Positions 58,521 through 64,000 of a stretch of 64,000 nucleotides of DNA are shown piece by piece (position 1 is the first letter of the stretch; the number at the start of each line of letters is the position of its first letter). The notes under the pieces were generated by a model. That model made no database searches and was not told where the DNA came from. It was given only the letters and a program-made list of their open reading frames with translations. The stretch spans positions 744-64,743 of the forward strand of contig JAUVAX010000003.1 of assembly GCA_030591685.1 (NCBI GenBank). The letters are read 5' to 3'. The translations under genes were made by a program, and so were the position numbers. The DNA comes from Pseudobdellovibrionaceae bacterium (GTDB taxonomy: Bacteria > Bdellovibrionota > Bdellovibrionia > Bdellovibrionales > UBA1609).

Positions 58521-59071
58521 GCTCACTTTGGGATAATATTTTTAAAAAAGATCTTCAGACCAAAAATATAACTGAGATTCTCCGGCAGTGTTATATGTTT
58601 TCAACACTCACAAAGCGTGAGGTTAAACTGGTTCAAAACATAATTAACATTAGAAATTATCAATCGGGAGAGACTATTTTTAAACTCGGCGAGCCCGGAG
58701 TAGGGATGTATATTATCGCCGAGGGCTGTGTAGATATTTATGTTGATGATTTTACTAACTCCAAAAACACGGAGTCTAAAACACAACCCGTTTTTATAAC
58801 TCGACTCAAAAAAGGTGATTTTTTTGGGGAGCTCGCCCTTGTTGAAGAGTCCGGGCGCCGGCAAGCCACTGCCGTATCAAGTACAGACGCTGTTTTGCTC
58901 GGGTTTTTTAAGCCCAATTTAATTGAAATTTCTGAACGGAGCCCCGCAACGGGAATCAAAATTATTTTTAGACTTGGTGAAATTCTCGGCCGAAGGCTTA
59001 AGGACACCTCCTCTAAAATAACAGATCTAAAAAAGGCTCTCGAAAAATTACGAGATCATAAAAGCACATGA
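58514..59071 (+). CDS. Stand-alone cyclic-nucleotide-binding domain protein
   Basis: The ATG at 58514 follows GGGGAGGGG and overlaps the upstream stop. cNMP motifs GDFFGELALV and RRQATAVS. No output domain. Confidence 0.7.
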   Translation: MVSSLWDNIFKKDLQTKNITEILRQCYMFSTLTKREVKLVQNIINIRNYQSGETIFKLGEPGVGMYIIAEGCVDIYVDDFTNSKNTESKTQPVFITRLKKGDFFGELALVEESGRRQATAVSSTDAVLLGFFKPNLIEISERSPATGIKIIFRLGEILGRRLKDTSSKITDLKKALEKLRDHKST

Positions 59072-60129
59072 CCACGGCGCCTCAACGACTTAAGCAAATT
59101 AAACATCAACACCGAGTGCAGCTTTTTGCCTTTTTAGGGATTATATTTTTTATTTTTTATATGCTTATGTGGGTCGATAACATGCTTTTATCAACAGTAC
59201 TCGCGTTTGTTTTGTTTTACTCTTTTGGTCCTTTTGTTAATGCTTTTGAGCGCCGGGGGCTTAACAGGGTACTCGGAATCTCACTTTTGTTTGCTGTTTC
59301 AAGTTTGTTTTTTATTTTTGCCGTCACAAGCATTTACCCTTTGGTTTCCTCCCAGGCGAGCGCTTTAAAGTCTGAAATACCAAAGTATATAAATGGAACT
59401 ACAGACCTTATATTAAAAACAGAGTCGCAGCTGGCTATATTTTCTGAACTCTTTCAGGATATTAACATCATTGGACAAACTGAAAAATACCTCTACAACT
59501 GGACCCAGTCTCTTTTTGAAGATTTGCCTAATTTTTTATCCCACTCTTTAACGGTCACTTTACTTGCTCCATTTTTTGCTTTTTTTATGCTTAAAGATGG
59601 CCCGGCCCTTTCTAGGCGGCTTTTTAACATGGTCCCCAACAACCTATTTGAACTCAGCATCAATTTAAAACACCAAATAAACTCTCAATTGGGTAGCTTT
59701 ATAAGGGCCCGGCTTTTAGAGTCCGTGCTTGTTGGCGCACTTGTTTGGGTGGGGCTATGGCTTATTGGTTTTAAATTTGCCACGGTACTTGCTATTTTTG
59801 CAGCCCTTGCTAACCTGATTCCATATATTGGCCCCATTGTTGGCGCCGCACCGGCCTTAATTATTGCACTCATAAATGGGGAGGGGCCCATGGGGGTAAC
59901 ATTGGTTTTGACCCCATATTTAATTGCTCAGATTATTGATATTTTTTTTATTATACCCCTGGTTGTCGCTAAAATCGTCAACCTGCATCCGGTTACAATT
60001 ATTATCTCCTTTATCATTGGAGCTGACCTTTTGGGAGTACTTGGGATGGTCATTGCAATACCTGCGGCCAGCGTCATTAAGGTGACAATCGCTAATGTTT
60101 ACGAACACTTGGTTGAGTTTCGCAGTTAG
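59068..60129 (+). CDS. AI-2E family transporter (PerM/UPF0118)
   Basis: Polytopic membrane protein with LANLIPYIGPIVGAAPA and VIAIPAASV motifs. Confidence 0.8.
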   Translation: MTTAPQRLKQIKHQHRVQLFAFLGIIFFIFYMLMWVDNMLLSTVLAFVLFYSFGPFVNAFERRGLNRVLGISLLFAVSSLFFIFAVTSIYPLVSSQASALKSEIPKYINGTTDLILKTESQLAIFSELFQDINIIGQTEKYLYNWTQSLFEDLPNFLSHSLTVTLLAPFFAFFMLKDGPALSRRLFNMVPNNLFELSINLKHQINSQLGSFIRARLLESVLVGALVWVGLWLIGFKFATVLAIFAALANLIPYIGPIVGAAPALIIALINGEGPMGVTLVLTPYLIAQIIDIFFIIPLVVAKIVNLHPVTIIISFIIGADLLGVLGMVIAIPAASVIKVTIANVYEHLVEFRS

Positions 60130-60200
60130 CCTAAAAAGACCCTTAAGTGCCCCCTCAAGAGAGTTGACTTAAGAGTGACAACTTCAGTAAACTGCCCAGT

Positions 60201-60938
60201 ATGAAATTATCAATTATATTGCCCTTTTCAATGTGTGTTTTTTTAACTCTGTCTTGTTCGACCCCAGCAAGCTTTGATACCTCCAAGCCTGAGGGCGCTT
60301 ACAAGCAAGCCGGAGAGTATGAAAAGTTTGAGCGCTATGTCGAGGCTATTGAAAAATATAAAGCCGTTAAAAATAATTTTCCCTACAGCAAGTACGCTAA
60401 AATGTCTGACTTAAAAGTGGCCGACCTTAACTTTAAGCGTGAGTCTTTTATTGAGGCTCAGTCCAGTTATCAGTTGTATAAAGACTACTACCCTCGTGAT
60501 AAAAATATTGATTACATCACCTACCAAATTGGCTTGAGTTATTTTCACCAACTGCCTAAAGTCATTGGGCGAGACCTATCCGGCGCCAGCGATGCCATTC
60601 GGGTGTTTACAGAGCTTGAGAGAACTTTCCCCAAGAGTAACTACACTAAGCTTGCTAAGATAAAAAAGGCCGTTGCTTTAAAAATGCTCGCTCAAAAACA
60701 AATTTACGTCGCTGATTTTTACTTTAAAACAAAAAAATATGTAAGTGCCCTTAGTCGATACGAAGCTTTATTAAATAATTACTCAAATCTTGGTTTTAAC
60801 AAAAGAGCTCTTCTTGGGGCCGCCTTAAGCGCCCATCGAAGCAACAATACTCAAAAAACAGACGAGTACTCAAAAAAGCTAACGTCACTTTTTAAGGACT
60901 CTCCTGAGTCAAAAAAGCTAATGAAGGAGCTCAAATAA
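60201..60938 (+). CDS. bamD: Outer membrane protein assembly factor BamD (lipoprotein, TPR-like)
   Basis: Lipobox FLTLSCS. YEKAIEKYKAV..FPYSKYA and YKDYYPRDKNIDY repeats, typical of BamD/YfiO. Confidence 0.8.
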   Translation: MKLSIILPFSMCVFLTLSCSTPASFDTSKPEGAYKQAGEYEKFERYVEAIEKYKAVKNNFPYSKYAKMSDLKVADLNFKRESFIEAQSSYQLYKDYYPRDKNIDYITYQIGLSYFHQLPKVIGRDLSGASDAIRVFTELERTFPKSNYTKLAKIKKAVALKMLAQKQIYVADFYFKTKKYVSALSRYEALLNNYSNLGFNKRALLGAALSAHRSNNTQKTDEYSKKLTSLFKDSPESKKLMKELK

Positions 60939-61663
60939 TGGCCTACGTCGACCACCAAGAGCTGCTCATCACGGCTAAAGAATACTTTATGGCCAACCAA
61001 TACAAGTCTGCCGAGCCCCTGTTGAATCAATTAATTTTAAGAAACTCAAAGTCCCCAGATGTGTTTCATATGTTGGGAACTATTTATTATGATCAGGGAA
61101 AGTTTAACAAGGCGATTCGATCTTTTAAAAGAACTCTTGAGATCGATCCTCTTTTTACTGATGCCAGCGTTGGGTTAAGCATTATTTTAAATGACCTTGG
61201 CCGGTATGAGGAAGGACAAAAAGTTTTCTCTGATGCTAAACATATTTTAGATCAAAAAAATGCCAAAGAAGACCCTTATGTGAACGAAAAATTAGCCCTT
61301 AAACACGATGAGCTCGGAGAAATGTATTTTCGATACAGCCGTTACAATGAGGCTCTTGAGCAATATTACAAGTCACTCAATTTAAGTGATGATAAGCCTA
61401 AGTATACTTTTAAGGTTGTAGATTGTTTGGTTAATATTGGTAAGGCTGGAAACGCCATTAAAGCCCTGAAGCAACTTATTGCCGGCAGCCCTGGGCTGAC
61501 CTCTGCCAGATTAAAACTCGGACAGCTTTATTTTAATTTAGATCAAATCACCAATGCTATTGATCAGTGGGAACTCGTTTTAGAGAAACAACCAGAGAAC
61601 CTTCAGGCCAAAAGATTTTTAACTCAAGCCCAGGGCGTTAACCAAACAAGCCTTGAGCTTTAA
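60938..61663 (+). CDS. Tetratricopeptide-repeat protein
   Basis: Multiple TPR units (GTIYYDQGKFNKAIRSFKRTLEIDP and others). The start overlaps the bamD stop. Confidence 0.7.
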   Translation: MAYVDHQELLITAKEYFMANQYKSAEPLLNQLILRNSKSPDVFHMLGTIYYDQGKFNKAIRSFKRTLEIDPLFTDASVGLSIILNDLGRYEEGQKVFSDAKHILDQKNAKEDPYVNEKLALKHDELGEMYFRYSRYNEALEQYYKSLNLSDDKPKYTFKVVDCLVNIGKAGNAIKALKQLIAGSPGLTSARLKLGQLYFNLDQITNAIDQWELVLEKQPENLQAKRFLTQAQGVNQTSLEL

Positions 61664-61676
61664 TTAGGAGAGCCTC

Positions 61677-62192
61677 ATGGCGCAGTTAAAAGATGAAATG
61701 GTCCCTTTTATTACTAAAGAAGAGATCAATACAATTATCGATGATCTTGCCGGTCAAATTGAGCGAGACTATGCCGGCAAAGAAGTGGTTATCATATGCC
61801 CCCTAAAGGGCTCTGTTTTATTTGTTGCTGACTTTATGAGGCGATTAAAGTTACCTCAAGTATTAGACTTTGTTCACTTAACCTCTCCGTCTGGGGAGTG
61901 TGTTCGAATACTCAGGGACATCAATATTGACATCACCGACAAGCATGTCCTAATTTTAGAGGAAATAATAGATGCCGGACGAACACTTACTTTTTTAATT
62001 AAACGAATTATGGCCTCAGACCCAGCCTCTGTTAAAGTTGTTGCCCTTATCGATAAACCCGCAAGGCGCGAACTCTCTTTAAAACCAGACTATGTGGGAA
62101 AAACAATCGACGATCGGTATGTTGTGGGCTACGGACTTGATTCAGAAGAAAAGGGCCGAAACTACGCCGACCTCTATACCTTTAGACAATAA
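61677..62192 (+). CDS. hpt: Hypoxanthine phosphoribosyltransferase
   Basis: PRPP motif VLILEEIIDAGRTL. DYVGKTIDDRYVVGYGLD. Confidence 0.9.
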   Translation: MAQLKDEMVPFITKEEINTIIDDLAGQIERDYAGKEVVIICPLKGSVLFVADFMRRLKLPQVLDFVHLTSPSGECVRILRDINIDITDKHVLILEEIIDAGRTLTFLIKRIMASDPASVKVVALIDKPARRELSLKPDYVGKTIDDRYVVGYGLDSEEKGRNYADLYTFRQ

Positions 62193-62334
62193 TTAGTTTT
62201 TGTTGGCTTTAATGAGCTACAAAAACCAATTAACTCACTACAACGTTAACTACAAAAAGTATTAATACTGAGTATACAAATAACATTACGAACTGCCCAC
62301 TGACCACAAGCCCTCCAGAGCTTAGCAACTCGCC

Positions 62335-62363
62335 CAAAGAACAGGGACTCTTTGCTTTTTTTT
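62335..62363 (+). terminator. Probable terminator after hpt
   Basis: CAAAGA-ACAGGGAC-TCTTTG hairpin followed by C and T8. Confidence 0.5.
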
Positions 62364-62388
62364 ATTGCAACAATGTCGACTCGATATG

Positions 62389-63765
62389 TCAAGTGGCCGT
62401 GGTCATTGAGGGATTTATTATTTCTCCAACTAGATCATAGTCGTGCGTGTCCGTAACTTTTACCTGAACAAGATCACCGATATTTGCTGAACCATCGTTA
62501 ATATAAGTCACCCCATCAACTTCAGGAGCTTGCCCCCTGGTTCGACCTACAAGCAAAAGCTCTGTCTCTTCACTTAGACCATCGACAATAACCTCTACCG
62601 TAGTTCCATGAAGCTCAGATTGTTTTTGTTTTGAAATTTCTTTTTGTACCTGCATCAATATATTATGCCGAACTTGCTTCACGGCCTCGGGCAACTGACC
62701 GGCCATGGAGCCCGCTTTTGTGCTCTCCTCTGGGGAGTACATAAAGCATCCAACGCGGTCGAATTTTTGGTCTCTTACAAATTCAACAAGCTCATTAAAT
62801 TGTTCTTCAGTTTCGCCCGGGAAGCCAACAATGAATTGTGTTCTAATAACAGCCTCGGGGATTTCACTCTTAATTTTAGCAACACATTGTAAAATCTCTT
62901 CACGAGTGATTCTTCTGTTCATAACCTTCAATACATCATTACTGATATGCTGCAGAGGCATGTCGAAATAATTTAATAAATTATCTTTTTCTTTAATTAG
63001 CTGAAGTACTTGGTCAGTAATCCCATCTGGATATAAATACAAAATTCGAATCCACTGTGCTCCAGACTGCTCACTAAGCGCCTTTAGTAATTCATAGGGG
63101 TTGTCTGACCTTGCTGGGTCCTTTTTTCTAAGGTCCCAGCCATAGTCAGTAAAATCGTGCGAGACGATGATAAGCTCTTTAACCCCGCCGGCAACAAGAA
63201 GCTTTGCCTCTGCAACAATAGCTTCTATTGTTCGTGACTGCAGATTACCTTTAATTAATGGTATGGCACAAAAAGCACAGCGCTTTTTACACCCTTCTGA
63301 AATTTTTAAGTAGGCTCTGTGTTGTGGTTGCGAGTTCACTCGCGGAGTTTCTTGTTGCTGTAAAAACGTGGGGCGATCGAAAAATTTCTTTTGTATGCTT
63401 CCCTTTTCGTCATGACCGGGGTTTTTTAAAATTTCAGCAATATCTTGAAACGAACCAGAACCAACAAAAACATCAGCCTCTGGGAGCCCCTCTATAAGTT
63501 CGTCTTTATATCTTTGCGTCAAGCAGCCCGCCACAACGAGTTTCTTAAGTTTTCCTGATTTTTTTAACTCACCCATTTCAATAACTTTAGAAATTGATTC
63601 TTTTTTTGAATCCTCAATAAAGCCACATGTGTTAACAATAACAGCCTCTGCATCGGACGGATTGTCAGTGACCTCATATCCCTCGTTAATCAGAGATCCT
63701 AGCATAATTTCTGAATCAACAAGATTCTTTGGGCAGCCTAAACTAACAAAATGAACCTTTTTCAT
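62389..63765 (-). CDS. rimO: Ribosomal protein S12 methylthiotransferase RimO
   Basis: VHFVSLGCPKNLVDSE N-terminus. Radical-SAM CKKRCAFC. C-terminal TRAM-like domain. Confidence 0.9.
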   Translation of the reverse strand: MKKVHFVSLGCPKNLVDSEIMLGSLINEGYEVTDNPSDAEAVIVNTCGFIEDSKKESISKVIEMGELKKSGKLKKLVVAGCLTQRYKDELIEGLPEADVFVGSGSFQDIAEILKNPGHDEKGSIQKKFFDRPTFLQQQETPRVNSQPQHRAYLKISEGCKKRCAFCAIPLIKGNLQSRTIEAIVAEAKLLVAGGVKELIIVSHDFTDYGWDLRKKDPARSDNPYELLKALSEQSGAQWIRILYLYPDGITDQVLQLIKEKDNLLNYFDMPLQHISNDVLKVMNRRITREEILQCVAKIKSEIPEAVIRTQFIVGFPGETEEQFNELVEFVRDQKFDRVGCFMYSPEESTKAGSMAGQLPEAVKQVRHNILMQVQKEISKQKQSELHGTTVEVIVDGLSEETELLLVGRTRGQAPEVDGVTYINDGSANIGDLVQVKVTDTHDYDLVGEIINPSMTTAT

Positions 63766-64000
63766 AAATGACTGACCTCTGCGTTTTTTGGCGGGATATA
63801 TCGAAATGCGTTTTTAGGGACCGGAACATCAAAAAGAATCGAAGAAAACATAAATTGAATTTCATTTTCTGTGGAGTCCCATTGCTTTATGGCCTTGATT
63901 TGCTCTGTGTTGGTGTCAAAAACAATCGCGAGCTTTATAACTCCTGGCATGCTCTTTTCGTCAACAGGAGTAAAGTGCAGGCTCATTAGGTTTTTCTTAG
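63762..64000 (-). CDS. C-terminal part of a LolA-like lipoprotein carrier (truncated by window end)
   Basis: The frame is open to the window edge. The C-terminal FRYIPPKNAEV resembles the LolA F-x-F-x-PP-x-G/N-x-x-V terminus. 4-nt overlap with rimO. Confidence 0.45.
   Translation of the reverse strand, partial: KKNLMSLHFTPVDEKSMPGVIKLAIVFDTNTEQIKAIKQWDSTENEIQFMFSSILFDVPVPKNAFRYIPPKNAEVSHL

Overview
This window is mostly a core housekeeping region from a moderately AT-rich Gram-negative genome. The style is Bdellovibrio-like or deltaproteobacterial, but that is a low-confidence guess. I based it on the tmRNA tag starting with GND, the many exported proteins of unknown function, a short EF-Ts and an extended S2. 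Confident calls are: a truncated tmRNA gene at the left edge, groES-groEL, and the rpsB-tsf-pyrH-frr-uppS-cdsA-rseP-tsaB block. Also confident are priA, galU, nagZ, rluD, pgeF, mltG, an arginine succinyltransferase-type operon, bamD, hpt and rimO, plus a truncated lolA-like gene at the right edge. Accessory content includes an arsS-arsM pair, a five-gene LolA-like/FtsX/ABC/outer-membrane-barrel operon, an orphan sigma-54 activator and an orphan TadG-like protein. I saw no transposase, integrase, CRISPR array, tRNA or rRNA. The most interesting signal is three near-consensus sigma-54 promoters. Two of them sit in front of tandem paralogous Cys-patterned lipoproteins of unknown family. Other points are a 44-aa basic ORF missing from the ORF track and an ArgE-like M20 protein with a degenerate active site. 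I see no clear-cut novel multi-gene system. All function calls rest on motifs recognised by eye and need database confirmation.
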